Below, one piece after another: positions 9,509 to 19,724 of a DNA stretch of 64,000 nt. The translations under genes were made by a program, and so were the position numbers. Below the pieces are notes generated by a model. It was not told the origin of the DNA, did not search any database, and saw only the letters and a program-made list of their open reading frames with translations. Location: the IMG/VR virus record IMGVR_UViG_3300008107_006173; one strand, 5' to 3'. This DNA is from a virus (taxonomy: Duplodnaviria > Caudoviricetes). Numbering within the stretch: the stretch's first letter is position 1; the number at the start of each line of letters is the position of its first letter.

Positions 9509-12500
9509 TTAATCATACATCACAAACTGGATCCATGCATGGGTAGTAGTACCAAATGCACGACTGGCTCCTGTTTCAGCTTCTCTAAGTTTTAGTTTTA
9601 CAACGGTATTGCTGGTCGCACCATCAAACGCTGTGGGAGATCCTGCCGAACCACCACCTGGAATTTCTCTTTGACCCATTGTAGTTTCTAAATGCGATAT
9701 TAGATATTTGTTATTGGTTCTGTCGTAACCATAAAGCATAATTGAACCGGGTGGGTAATAGTAGCCTGTGAAGTTAATAGTACATTCACCACCGCTGGCG
9801 CTGTCAATTGTAACGGAACTTATACCAGATGATAAGTTGTCAGTATTAGCTAGTGTACCAGTTGTGCTATAATTTAACTTAAATCGTTGGATGGTAGCAC
9901 CACCCCCGCCGCCGCCACCGCTTACCGAAACGTTGCTGACACTGGTTACACGACCATAGGTGTCAACAGTAATTTGTGGAATTAATGTTGCACTACCATA
10001 AGTCTTAGCGCCGGTGCTAACAACACCGCTGGTTAACGCTATGTTATCTGCGTTTACAGTAATACCTGCACCCGCACCAACATTGAGTGTAACTGTACCG
10101 CTAGCACCGCCATCAATTAAACCGTTGCCTGCTGTTACGCCTTCAATATCTCCGGCACCACCTGCGCTAATTGTAATATTGCTTACGCCGGTGATTCTAC
10201 CATAAGTGTCAACAGTAAACTGTGGCATTGTGGTAGCATTACCATAAGTGCCTGCTGTTACACCACTTGTACCTAAACTTAATGTGACAGCACCGCTGGC
10301 ACCACCGCCGCTCAATCCTGTGCCTGCTGTAACACCAGTAATATCACCGGTACCATCAGCACCACGAACATTACCTGCATCAATTGTTGCAGCATTGCTT
10401 AGTGTAATTATTAAATTACCGCTACCGTTAACTGTGGCAGTTGAAATATCCACACCGTTAATACCAGCATTACCCTGCGGACCTCGAATGTTACCAACGT
10501 CTTGGGTTGATGTATTACTGTAGTTAAGAACTAGGTTACTGCTTACTAGACTTACACTGGTAATGCCTACTCCGGCGTTACCTTGATCACCTTGCGGACC
10601 TTTAACATTACCAGCATTAATATATGTGCCGTTTACAAGTCCAATAATTAGATTGTTATTGCCTGCTACAGTAGCATTAGCAATACCAGCATTACCGTCA
10701 CCTGCTAGACCTTGTATACCTTGTGGACCACGAACATTACCAGCATCAATAGTTGATGTGTTACTTAGAGTAATGATTAAATTATTTGTTGAGATAGATG
10801 CATTGCTTACAAACACACCATCAGTGCCACGAACATTGCCTACATCAACTGTTGCGGCATTGCTTAGAGTTAGAATTAAATTACCGTTAGCAACTACAGA
10901 ACCTGATGATACACTTACGCCAGTATTACCTTGAATACCTTGTTGACCGATTACATTTGATAAGTTAACATTTGAACCGTCATATAACAAGTATGTATTT
11001 GAAGCCAGGCTCATTGACGGTCTATTCGCTAGACTTGAGTGGTTACCTGTAAATGCCACAGTGGCCAATGTTGAGTTGCTGTTGTTTAGAGCGTTAGCAA
11101 TTTCAGCTAATGTATCAAGTGCTGATGGTGCACCAGCAGTAAGGTTATTAATTTGTGTGGTTACATATGATTGTGTTGCATAGTTATTAACAGTTAGATA
11201 CGACGCAACATTTGAGTTACCATAGTTACCTGCTGCATTTGCTAGACCTGCATCAACATAAGCCTTCATGTTTGTGTTGGCCGTGTTGACATAGGTCTGG
11301 GTGGCGTAACTGTTTGCTGTTAGATATGCTGCAACATTTGAGTCGCTGTAATTGCCAGCAACATTACCTAATGCAGATGTTAGGTTAACTGAACTGTTAC
11401 TGCCACTAATTGTGATAATATTGCCGTTTAGACTCAATGTTTGAGCATCGGTATCTGAATCTTTTAGTACGCTTAGGTTAACTGAATTGCCGCTGCTGAT
11501 TGAAAGCACATAGGTTGAAGCATTCCAACTTAGGCTTTGTGTAACTGCTGAAATGTTAGCAGGTGTGAATGAAAACACACCAGTTGTATTGTTATATGTT
11601 AGAGCACCGTTACCACTTGGTGCAGCAGTAGACACGCTGAAGTCAGTTAAACTTAGGTTACTGTTACCTGCACCACCTCCAGCGGCCATGTTACCTGCTT
11701 CAAACTTGCTGGTACTGCTGTTCCAAATTAGTACTTGACCGTTTGTGATACCTGAGGCATCAACATCGTTTAGATCAGCTAGATTAATAGTTCCTGTGTC
11801 TGAAGAGAAAGTAATAGTATCAGCATTTGCTGTTGTAGTAATTGTAATACCAGAACCAGCAACAAGAGTCAGTGTGTCTTCGGCACGGTCAGCACTAACT
11901 GTGGTTTGGCCAGCTACAAGGATGTTTGCAAAACCTAGGGATGATCCATTGCCTCCTGCGCCTGCACCAGATACTGCCACAGTATCGACGTTTTGAATTC
12001 TACCATAAGTGTCAACTGTAATTCTTGGAATAAGTGTAGCATTACCGTATGTGCCTGATGTTACACCAGTAGCAACAAGATTTAGTGTTGCATTTGAGTT
12101 ATTGCCTGTGCCACCTGTAACACTAATTTGACCTGCTGTGCCGTTAACATTACCAACAAATGAATTGGTAATTGTTGTAGCTTGGGTTGCTGTTACTAGT
12201 GTTGGTGTTACACTTGTGATTTGGCCTTTGCTGTTTACAGTGATGACAGGAATATAACTGGTATTGCCCCATGTACCCGATACATTGGCGATATCAGTAA
12301 TGTATACACCGTTTGTGTTTGATGTTAAGCCGCCACTTGCACCAGCAACTACATTAAGTGTTAGCGCACTTTTGCTAATACCATTGCCTGCGCTGTAAAC
12401 GTCAACTGTACCCGGGCGCCATTTACCTGCTGCTGAACTATAAATTAATGCTTGTCCACCACTGGGCAAGTAAGCACCACTGGTTTGAACATCATTTAAA

Positions 12501-12622
12501 TCATCAAGTTCTGCTGAAGCAAAGGAAATTCCAGTTTCGTTAGCATTAACGCGAAGAAATGTTAACGCCTTGCCGGAATAATCAGAGGGGGTATCGTTTA
12601 ACTCAATTAATGTATTAGCCAT
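9509..12622 (-). CDS. Tail fibre protein with short collagen-like segments
   Basis: GPQGIQG and GPQGDQG triplets after five NLxxxLSNxxTxDxGNVRG-type repeats; also TYG..IP.ITVDTYGR repeats. Confidence 0.8.
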   Translation of the reverse strand: MANTLIELNDTPSDYSGKALTFLRVNANETGISFASAELDDLNDVQTSGAYLPSGGQALIYSSAAGKWRPGTVDVYSAGNGISKSALTLNVVAGASGGLTSNTNGVYITDIANVSGTWGNTSYIPVITVNSKGQITSVTPTLVTATQATTITNSFVGNVNGTAGQISVTGGTGNNSNATLNLVATGVTSGTYGNATLIPRITVDTYGRIQNVDTVAVSGAGAGGNGSSLGFANILVAGQTTVSADRAEDTLTLVAGSGITITTTANADTITFSSDTGTINLADLNDVDASGITNGQVLIWNSSTSKFEAGNMAAGGGAGNSNLSLTDFSVSTAAPSGNGALTYNNTTGVFSFTPANISAVTQSLSWNASTYVLSISSGNSVNLSVLKDSDTDAQTLSLNGNIITISGSNSSVNLTSALGNVAGNYSDSNVAAYLTANSYATQTYVNTANTNMKAYVDAGLANAAGNYGNSNVASYLTVNNYATQSYVTTQINNLTAGAPSALDTLAEIANALNNSNSTLATVAFTGNHSSLANRPSMSLASNTYLLYDGSNVNLSNVIGQQGIQGNTGVSVSSGSVVANGNLILTLSNAATVDVGNVRGTDGVFVSNASISTNNLIITLSNTSTIDAGNVRGPQGIQGLAGDGNAGIANATVAGNNNLIIGLVNGTYINAGNVKGPQGDQGNAGVGITSVSLVSSNLVLNYSNTSTQDVGNIRGPQGNAGINGVDISTATVNGSGNLIITLSNAATIDAGNVRGADGTGDITGVTAGTGLSGGGASGAVTLSLGTSGVTAGTYGNATTMPQFTVDTYGRITGVSNITISAGGAGDIEGVTAGNGLIDGGASGTVTLNVGAGAGITVNADNIALTSGVVSTGAKTYGSATLIPQITVDTYGRVTSVSNVSVSGGGGGGGATIQRFKLNYSTTGTLANTDNLSSGISSVTIDSASGGECTINFTGYYYPPGSIMLYGYDRTNNKYLISHLETTMGQREIPGGGSAGSPTAFDGATSNTVVKLKLREAETGASRAFGTTTHAWIQFVMYD

Positions 12623-12665
12623 CGTTGTTCCTACCAGCAGTGATATCTAAGCTGTTATTAACAAC

Positions 12666-12673
12666 TATTTATC
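12666..12673 (-). promoter_or_regulatory. T4-type late promoter GATAAATA
   Basis: Intergenic, upstream of 12622. Confidence 0.7.
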
Positions 12674-12676
12674 ACT

Positions 12677-13090
12677 TTAGCTTGATAGGATAACTCTGCT
12701 AATTTGTCCGTAGGAAGGATCGTATGTGGTGCCGTCACCCACATGTTCACGGTCCATATACACTCTAATAAATGTAAAGTTTCCGCTAAAACTATAGGCT
12801 TCACTGCCTGCTGCGGGATCGTTTGCGTTGAACTGAACGAATCCGGCTTCATTAAAAGAAGTGCCTAGTGTGTTCGATGGTACAACATCAAACCAATCAC
12901 TTGCTGTTGGATCTAGCGACAGGGTAGCCTGAAGTCTTAAACGGCCTACAAATTGATTGTAGATAACTTGAATAGTATGAAAACCATCGGTATAGCCGTA
13001 ATAACTATCACCTTTTACTACGGTGGAGTATTTGTTCATTTCGGTGCCTGTGGCACTCAAAATAGTTACACTTCGACGGTTGATGCTCAT
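12677..13090 (-). CDS. Hypothetical late (probably virion) protein
   Basis: 137 aa, SD GGGGA, own GATAAATA at 13115-13122. Confidence 0.7.
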   Translation of the reverse strand: MSINRRSVTILSATGTEMNKYSTVVKGDSYYGYTDGFHTIQVIYNQFVGRLRLQATLSLDPTASDWFDVVPSNTLGTSFNEAGFVQFNANDPAAGSEAYSFSGNFTFIRVYMDREHVGDGTTYDPSYGQISRVILSS

Positions 13091-13120
13091 TTAAAATCCC
13101 CTAGTCCTTTTAAGTATTTA

Positions 13121-13810
13121 TCATTTTTGATAAAGTATACATTTGGTGATACGAAAGGTCCAGTTGTTGTGCATCATTTTTAGAAATGGATAGTATTGAT
13201 TAAATTCATCCAATTTAGTATAAAACTCTACGCTGCTAGATCCTGTGGGAAATTGGTTGTAAATTTTTAATGCGTGTTCCGGGATACTATCGCCCAGTGC
13301 TGTTAATAGTTCTGTATGTAATACGATACGCTCGTCTTTTCTTAAATTTTGTGTAGCCCTATAGGGCATAAATGCATAAACTTTTGCATCGTATTTGTTA
13401 TACCAATAAGATGATCTCGGCTCAACATGGTATTCCCTAGCCCGCAACAGTTTATGGTGCTCGTCGTTTATGGGCCCAGTTACATGTTTTACAAATTGAG
13501 GAAACTTACTCAATAGTAGTTTGTAATCTTCATATGATACCAAATAACAAAGGATTTCCAGTATGTTATTCTTTGCTGATCTAAATGAACACTTTGATTC
13601 TAAATCTGTTTTGACAACACCATACAGCTCATCTAATAGCTTGAAATAAGCATCTAGATCAGATCTATTTTCTTTGTACGGACTAGCATCAAAAACAATT
13701 TTATATGTATAGGTATTATAATATATTGTTTGGCTAGGTATTATTTTGAAAGGCTTAGACTCATCGCCTAAGACTTCAATATTAGGATGTAAATTTAAAT
13801 TCCGAATCAT
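13121..13810 (-). CDS. Hypothetical protein
   Basis: ORF track 13121..13846. Likely start MIRNLN (about 13810), overlapping the clpA 3' end. Confidence 0.6.
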   Translation of the reverse strand: MIRNLNLHPNIEVLGDESKPFKIIPSQTIYYNTYTYKIVFDASPYKENRSDLDAYFKLLDELYGVVKTDLESKCSFRSAKNNILEILCYLVSYEDYKLLLSKFPQFVKHVTGPINDEHHKLLRAREYHVEPRSSYWYNKYDAKVYAFMPYRATQNLRKDERIVLHTELLTALGDSIPEHALKIYNQFPTGSSSVEFYTKLDEFNQYYPFLKMMHNNWTFRITKCILYQK

Positions 13811-15974
13811 AGTCAACTGTAACCGTGCCCTTGTCGATATTGTCAAACAACACCTTTTTACTCAGCGGCTTTTTAATCTTTTCTTCAAATACTCGCTTCA
13901 GCGGTCTTGCACCCATACTAGGCTCGTACCCTTCTTCGGCTAGCTGTTTAATTGCTGCTTCTGTTAGTTCAATTTTAATGTCGCGCTCATTGGATGCAAG
14001 TAGTTGATTGGTTTCTTTTATCAGACGCTCAACAATCTTGATCATTAGAGTCTTTTCAAGTTTATTAAACTGCACCACACCATCTAAACGATTGCGGAAT
14101 TCAGGAGTAAAGAACTTTTCAACAGCCTTACCAATTTCACCTGTTTTCTTCTGATCGCCAAAACCAATCTTTAGTGTTTCAGCAGCAGAAGCACCTAGGT
14201 TGCTAGTCATAATTAGCACAACATTAGTAAAGTCTACAGTTTTACCGGTACTGCCTGTTAGTCGACCGTCATCCATGACCTGTAGCAGAACCTGTAGTAC
14301 TTCTGGTGCAGCCTTTTCAACTTCGTCAAGTAGTAGTACACAGTTAGGGCTATCCTCAACTGCGGCTAGCAATTGTCCTTGTCCCATCTTGCCTTCAGCA
14401 TGACCAACATAGCCTGGAGGAGCACCGATTAGTTTAGCAACGCTGTGTCGTTCTTGATATTCACTCATGTCAAACTTAACCAGCTTTGCTTGTAATTCTG
14501 CTGCTAGGGCTCGTGCAGTTTCAGTCTTACCTGTACCGGTTGGGCCTACAAACAAGAAACTACCAATGGGCTTGTTTGGCTCTCGGAGTCCACTCTTGCT
14601 AACAAGGATTGATTCAACAATCTTATCAACTGCGTCGTTCTGTCCGTATACTTTATTTTTGATACGAACATCCAAATCTCTATAACCAGTTGTGCTTTCC
14701 GTGTCAACTACATCAACACCAATCTTACTAATTTTAGCAATTACGCTAACAATATCCTTCATGGTTACATCTGTATCTCCGCGTAGTTTTACGGTAGCGC
14801 CAGCAGCGTCAACAATGTCTAGTGCCTTGTCTGGGAAGAAACGAGTCTTTACATACCGATCAGTGAGTTCAACACTCTTGTCTAACAGGGTGTCGTCATA
14901 CTTCACATTGTGGAAATCTTCGTAGTATTCCTTTAGTCCTTTCACAATAAGTTTTGTATCTGCAACATTAGTTTCTTGAATGTCCAGTTTTGCAAATCGA
15001 CGCATCAATGCGCGATCTTTTTCAAAACTTTCTGCAAATTCATCTGGTGTGGTTGCACCAATGGTTAGCAAACGGCCTTTGCCTAGTACAGGCTTAATCA
15101 AGTTAGCAACGTCAACGCTGCTGCCGCCTGCGCTGCCTGCACCCATGATCATATGGATTTCGTCAATGAACAAAATAGTGTTAGGATTAGCTTCAAGCGT
15201 TTGCAATACGCCCTTAATGCGTTCTTCAAAGTCACCGCGATAGCGTGTACCCGCTAGTAGCTTACCAATATCTAGACTGTAAACAATCTTGTTCTTGAGA
15301 ATCTCCGGCACTTCGCCGTCTACGATCTTCTTAGCGAGTCCTTCTGCAATTGCAGTCTTACCTGTTCCGGGTTCGCCCACTAGTACACAGTTATTCTTTT
15401 TGCGGCGAGCAAGAACGTGTATTAGATCGTTAACTTCTTCATGGCGACCAATCAACGGATCAATTTTACTGTTTTCAGCTTCCTTGTTTAGATTTACAGT
15501 ATATTCTTTAAGCTGTTCTTCGTTCTCAACGCTGCGATTAATAGTATCAATATGCTCTAAGATTCTAACTCGTGACAGCCCGTTGATCTCGCAGAAGTAC
15601 TTAGCGTGACAACTTTCTTCTGCTAGAATGCTCAACAACAAATCTAACGGAATAACTTCGTTTCTACTGTTAAAGAGAACCTGTGCTAAACTGCGCTGTA
15701 AAACTCTATCTACGGTGTGGGTTTTCTTCGGCGGCCCTTTTTGCCCGTTGGGTGTTGCAAGTCCGTTGAGACCGGTATCGTTAAGATAATTAGTGATGTC
15801 TGATTTAATTTGGTCAATGTCAACCTCTAAATCAGTAGCTAGGTTTATAATATCTTTGTACTCCAGCAGACACAGCATAATATGTTCTAGGCAGACATAC
15901 TCGTGACCTAGATTATTAGCATTATTAGCTGCTGCAACAAAAATTTTCTCTACTGCTTGATTCTTCTTACTCAT
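13782..15974 (-). CDS. clpA: ClpA-type AAA+ unfoldase
   Basis: Clp N-domain; NBD1 [14 protein letters not shown]; NBD2 [15 protein letters not shown]; IGF ClpP-docking loop; no ClpB middle domain. Confidence 0.93.
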   Translation of the reverse strand: MSKKNQAVEKIFVAAANNANNLGHEYVCLEHIMLCLLEYKDIINLATDLEVDIDQIKSDITNYLNDTGLNGLATPNGQKGPPKKTHTVDRVLQRSLAQVLFNSRNEVIPLDLLLSILAEESCHAKYFCEINGLSRVRILEHIDTINRSVENEEQLKEYTVNLNKEAENSKIDPLIGRHEEVNDLIHVLARRKKNNCVLVGEPGTGKTAIAEGLAKKIVDGEVPEILKNKIVYSLDIGKLLAGTRYRGDFEERIKGVLQTLEANPNTILFIDEIHMIMGAGSAGGSSVDVANLIKPVLGKGRLLTIGATTPDEFAESFEKDRALMRRFAKLDIQETNVADTKLIVKGLKEYYEDFHNVKYDDTLLDKSVELTDRYVKTRFFPDKALDIVDAAGATVKLRGDTDVTMKDIVSVIAKISKIGVDVVDTESTTGYRDLDVRIKNKVYGQNDAVDKIVESILVSKSGLREPNKPIGSFLFVGPTGTGKTETARALAAELQAKLVKFDMSEYQERHSVAKLIGAPPGYVGHAEGKMGQGQLLAAVEDSPNCVLLLDEVEKAAPEVLQVLLQVMDDGRLTGSTGKTVDFTNVVLIMTSNLGASAAETLKIGFGDQKKTGEIGKAVEKFFTPEFRNRLDGVVQFNKLEKTLMIKIVERLIKETNQLLASNERDIKIELTEAAIKQLAEEGYEPSMGARPLKRVFEEKIKKPLSKKVLFDNIDKGTVTVDYDSEFKFTS

Positions 15975-16791
15975 TAGTACTGTTACCTGTCTCTTCTTTA
16001 ATAATATTTAACCATTGAATGTGTTGCGGATCTGTTAGTTTGGTAATTGAAATGCTAACTAAAACATATAAGTCGCCGTACCTTTTTGTTTGCGGGTTAG
16101 GCATACCCCAGCCCTGAATTCTCAATCTAGCACCAGGTTGTACACCAGCTGGTATTTTTACTTTTATTTGTCTTTCTGAAATATGTGTGTAGTCAATTTC
16201 TGTACCCTGCATGGCATCCATGGCATCCACATTGACTCGTATAAACAAATCATCATTTTCTCTACCTAGATTGTTTGGATAAGTGATGTTGAGTCTTACA
16301 ATTAGATCACCTGGAGGAAGGTCCTTAAATCTACTGGGACCTTTACCGTGCATTCTAAATTTAGTGCCATCTCTTACACCTGCAGGTATAGATAGCGTGT
16401 CTTTTACATATCCTAAATCTAGAGTAACCTCGGCACCGGTATAAGCCTGTGCTACACTTATAGTAATATCAGTTACACCGTCGGGGTTTCGTTTAACCTG
16501 CTGCCGCCGTCCAAAAATATCCCCAAACATTTCATTGAATGGGCTACCCTGCCCAAACGGGTCATGCCCGGCCCATTCTGGCGGAGTCCAATTTTCATAC
16601 TGTGATGGATTATCGTACTGCGATTTCTTGTTGCTGTCACTGAGGGTGTCGTATGCCTGACTAATCTCTTGGAACTTTTTAATATCACCACCTCGGTCAG
16701 GGTGGTGTTCCATTGCAAGCCGTCGATAAGCCTTTTTGATTTCTTCTGGCGAAGCGTTTCTATTAACGCCTAGAACTTCATAATAATCCAT
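15967..16791 (-). CDS. dnaJ: DnaJ/CbpA-type J-domain co-chaperone (no Zn finger)
   Basis: [15 protein letters not shown]-domain plus C-terminal GMP..GDLYV domain. Confidence 0.9.
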   Translation of the reverse strand: MDYYEVLGVNRNASPEEIKKAYRRLAMEHHPDRGGDIKKFQEISQAYDTLSDSNKKSQYDNPSQYENWTPPEWAGHDPFGQGSPFNEMFGDIFGRRQQVKRNPDGVTDITISVAQAYTGAEVTLDLGYVKDTLSIPAGVRDGTKFRMHGKGPSRFKDLPPGDLIVRLNITYPNNLGRENDDLFIRVNVDAMDAMQGTEIDYTHISERQIKVKIPAGVQPGARLRIQGWGMPNPQTKRYGDLYVLVSISITKLTDPQHIQWLNIIKEETGNSTNE

Positions 16792-16797
16792 ATTTTA

Positions 16798-16826
16798 AGT
16801 TTAACTTCTAACCAAGTAAAAGTCAA
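16798..16826 (-). promoter_or_regulatory. sigma70-type promoter, probably leaderless dnaJ mRNA
   Basis: TTGACT-17-TAAACT; 6 nt from -10 to ATG; no SD. Confidence 0.6.
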
Positions 16827-16827
16827 C

Positions 16828-17028
16828 TTATTTCTGTGGATCTGGGGTAGATGTAGCCTCTACTGCTGTAACAGGTTCTTCTTTCTTGATAGTATTTAAA
16901 TCTTTTGGCTTACGCATTAGGATTTCTGGGGGATCTGGCATGTATGCCTGCGGTACTAGTTTGGTCTTTGTAAACATGGCACAACCACCTAGTGCTAATA
17001 CCAAAGGAATAATCAATAACTTTTTCAC
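16828..17028 (-). CDS. Outer-membrane lipoprotein, o-spanin (Rz1-like)
   Basis: Lipobox LGGC, Pro-rich PDPPEIL, overlaps the end of the upstream TM/coiled-coil gene. Confidence 0.75.
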   Translation of the reverse strand: MKKLLIIPLVLALGGCAMFTKTKLVPQAYMPDPPEILMRKPKDLNTIKKEEPVTAVEATSTPDPQK

Positions 17029-17540
17029 TTACCTTCTCCATTTTTGGCATTAGCAGCATCAACGGCTGCTTTGTTATCTCTGATCCATTTTTGTAGGGAT
17101 TCTAGTTGTTCTGCATTTTGTTTACAGACAGCATAATTGCCCATTACCACAGCTAGTGCGCTGTTATCCATAACGCCTGATGGCGATTTATCAGATGCTA
17201 GGGCCATATCGGGATTAGCCAGCTTGGCTGCTGCATCGTGTAAATGAATCCAACCATTTGATAACTGAACGCTTGAACCAAGTGAAGCAGTTGCGTCTCT
17301 GTAGATAATTTCTTTCTCTCGGATAGTATTAGTTCTATCCACAAACTGAGTTGTTACATTATCTGAAATCTTAGAATTTTCAGTTTTTAGATCTGAAATT
17401 TGTTTTTCGGCGCTGGCTTGATAGTTAGCAAGAGCAATTTCTGCTTGGGCAGAGCCCTTCATATAGCCCCAACCCGCAGCGCCTAGTACTAGAAATATCA
17501 ATGCAAAAATTTTAACCGGTAACGGGATGAGTCCGAACAT
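17025..17540 (-). CDS. i-spanin (Rz-like)
   Basis: N-terminal TM helix, coiled-coil region, NYAVCKQNAEQLESLQKWI C-terminus. Confidence 0.7.
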   Translation of the reverse strand: MFGLIPLPVKIFALIFLVLGAAGWGYMKGSAQAEIALANYQASAEKQISDLKTENSKISDNVTTQFVDRTNTIREKEIIYRDATASLGSSVQLSNGWIHLHDAAAKLANPDMALASDKSPSGVMDNSALAVVMGNYAVCKQNAEQLESLQKWIRDNKAAVDAANAKNGEGK

Positions 17541-17551
17541 GTGTGTTCCTT

Positions 17552-18358
17552 TTATGTTATTTTTGTTAGCAGTACCTGGTCCTGATCAGTTGGATTATAA
17601 ATCACAATGTATTGGTCAATTGGTAATGCTTTCATTTCTCCCAACATACCTTTTAGTTTGTCAAATAGTGTACGATCAAAATCAGACTTGATAGCACTTT
17701 CTGCTATGCCGTGATTTTGTAGTATTTCCTTACCGATGCCAAAATCAACTATTTCTAAACTTAGAGTATTTCGAGCGTCCTGTATATGTAATTTACCATC
17801 ATTAATACCGGCACGCAAAAGATTTGTGGGTCGCAGGAATTCTAAAATTGACTGGCTGTTACTTTCACCTAATTGTGCTTCGGCTGTAATACGCTCTTCC
17901 TCAACTCGCTGTGCTTCTTCAGCAGCACGACTCGCTTCAAACTCTTCACGGGTAACATATTTGCTAGGATCAGTAATGATATATTGATATACTTCTTCTT
18001 CAGCAAGGGGTAAGTAATCATCGTTTAGATAAGTTCTTGCTTTCCAATTTAGCTTGCCTGCTACTCGCTCGGTTTCACTGATAAAAAACTTTATTGATTC
18101 GACAGCCTTTTCGTTACGGTCCATCTCAACGAACAGCATATAGTAACCATCTTCATTTGGATTGGGTGAAACTTCTAGGTCTCGAACTTCTTGAATGGAA
18201 CCGCTGAGAAACTTATAAAGGTCGTGACCAACTGAATCTTCAGTTACATAAAAGCCCATTACTAGAACGTCTTTGGCATCACCAGTTTTAGGTTCAAACT
18301 CGTCAATACTGATTTTGCTTAGTACAGTATCTTTAAGATCATTTTCATGTAAGCTCAT
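17552..18358 (-). CDS. Hypothetical protein (late operon)
   Basis: 268-aa ORF coupled to the upstream gene. Confidence 0.7.
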   Translation of the reverse strand: MSLHENDLKDTVLSKISIDEFEPKTGDAKDVLVMGFYVTEDSVGHDLYKFLSGSIQEVRDLEVSPNPNEDGYYMLFVEMDRNEKAVESIKFFISETERVAGKLNWKARTYLNDDYLPLAEEEVYQYIITDPSKYVTREEFEASRAAEEAQRVEEERITAEAQLGESNSQSILEFLRPTNLLRAGINDGKLHIQDARNTLSLEIVDFGIGKEILQNHGIAESAIKSDFDRTLFDKLKGMLGEMKALPIDQYIVIYNPTDQDQVLLTKIT

Positions 18359-18915
18359 TAGATGCCACCTCCTGCAGGTAGTGCAGGTGTCACTGGTGCC
18401 ATTGGTGCTTGCTGTGCCTGAATCTCGTTTTCGCTGTTTAGTGATTCTAAATCAACATACGCATCTTCGTCCGCTTGGACGACGTCTGTTGAAAATTCAT
18501 CAACATATTTTCTTGGTAGCTTGATTTCAACTACCCAAATAGGATGGCTATCAGTTCTTGCTTTGTAGCGGTTACGACCGTCGGGTGTTACTTCAACTGT
18601 AATGTCGTCAAATGTGCGTACTTTGCGAGGAGTAAGCAGGGTTTCTTTAACATACTTTACAAAACCACCTCGAGCAAGAATTCTTTTGGCACCATCTGGA
18701 TCGGGCATGTCCTTGCTGCGGTACATTAGTTTTACACTGACCCAGTGACGGTCTAGTGTAGGGCCTTCTAGTATTTCACCCTTAATCCAATTCTTGTAAG
18801 CATAAAGCTCTAGGTTATCTAGTACATGCTCAAACTCTAACAGCATATCAAGCAGCGTATTTGTTTCGCTGATCTTCTTAATACTGTCGTTTAGCATTTT
18901 AACTGATATAGTCAT
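18358..18915 (-). CDS. Hypothetical late protein
   Basis: SD AGGAG; GATAAATA at 18935-18942. Confidence 0.7.
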   Translation of the reverse strand: MTISVKMLNDSIKKISETNTLLDMLLEFEHVLDNLELYAYKNWIKGEILEGPTLDRHWVSVKLMYRSKDMPDPDGAKRILARGGFVKYVKETLLTPRKVRTFDDITVEVTPDGRNRYKARTDSHPIWVVEIKLPRKYVDEFSTDVVQADEDAYVDLESLNSENEIQAQQAPMAPVTPALPAGGGI

Positions 18916-18945
18916 AACTTACTCCTGTTATAACTATTTATCAGT

Positions 18946-19281
18946 TTAACGCTTGCTAGTTACGGGCCAATTGAGCTTGAAAAATGATAGAGCTGCTTCG
19001 TCAGCAAAATATAGGAAAGTTCTATAGCCGTCGTGTACATTAACATACCAGGCCCACTTATCGTTGGCTAAATGTGCTTGTTCTGTGATTTTTAGCTGTT
19101 CCCAATAGTAGGTTTCTACACTGGGTCCAAATTGGTCCCAGCACCATTGCCGTAACTGCATAAAGTTAGCAGTACGGTCAAACAGTTGACGATCGTTATG
19201 GTGACGAGCAACTTCTACACGGTGTGTAAAGTGTTGGTGCCAGGTATAGCGACCGTTTAGTTTAGTTACTTTATAATGCAT
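18946..19281 (-). CDS. Small hypothetical protein, member of an F-x-D/N-E..F-x-L-x-W family
   Basis: C-terminus FLYFADEAALSFFKLNW. Confidence 0.6.
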   Translation of the reverse strand: MHYKVTKLNGRYTWHQHFTHRVEVARHHNDRQLFDRTANFMQLRQWCWDQFGPSVETYYWEQLKITEQAHLANDKWAWYVNVHDGYRTFLYFADEAALSFFKLNWPVTSKR

Positions 19282-19724
19282 TATTTTAAATCGTATGTCC
19301 AGTCCTTATTAATGTGCGTTTTAATAGTATGGCACAAATGACATAAGGTTTGACAGTTTTCGGGTTCATTATTATCGTGGTTGCCATCAATGTGGTCAAC
19401 TGTTAGTAGTTTGTTTTGGCATCGTTTCATATCAGCTTCATTTTCAAAGTTGTTGATGTTGAACCGCTGATCATCCTCGTAGGGATTATATCCGCAATGT
19501 TCGCAACAATGCTTTTTATGATATGTATATTTTCTATCAGAAAAAGCATTACCACCATAGCCAACGCCTTGGATCTGATGTTCCCTACACTTAGTGTCGG
19601 AATCAGGACCTTTGTACAAACTTAATAGTTCAGCACAACCAGGAACGTCGCAGACTATGTTATTTTCAATAATCCTACGACGTTCATGTTTGCTCTTTGG
19701 TTCGTCGTGTAGTTGTCTTACCAC
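19281..19724 (-). CDS. HNH endonuclease
   Basis: CEHC...TVDHIDGNHDNNEPENCQTLCHLCH. Confidence 0.85.
   Translation of the reverse strand: MVRQLHDEPKSKHERRRIIENNIVCDVPGCAELLSLYKGPDSDTKCREHQIQGVGYGGNAFSDRKYTYHKKHCCEHCGYNPYEDDQRFNINNFENEADMKRCQNKLLTVDHIDGNHDNNEPENCQTLCHLCHTIKTHINKDWTYDLK

Noticed and set aside
465-11996. Many plus-strand ORFs (up to 293 aa) opposite the fibre genes
   Set aside because: Antisense shadows of low-complexity T/V/A/G-rich coding sequence; no SD or promoters, and they mirror the sense-strand repeats.
13825-15609. Plus-strand ORFs opposite clpA (and similar ones opposite nadE, TBDR, HD)
   Set aside because: Ser/Leu-rich shadow frames of conserved genes.
13782-15974. 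ClpB/ClpC assignment
   Set aside because: No coiled-coil middle domain, about 730 aa, IGF loop present; fits ClpA.
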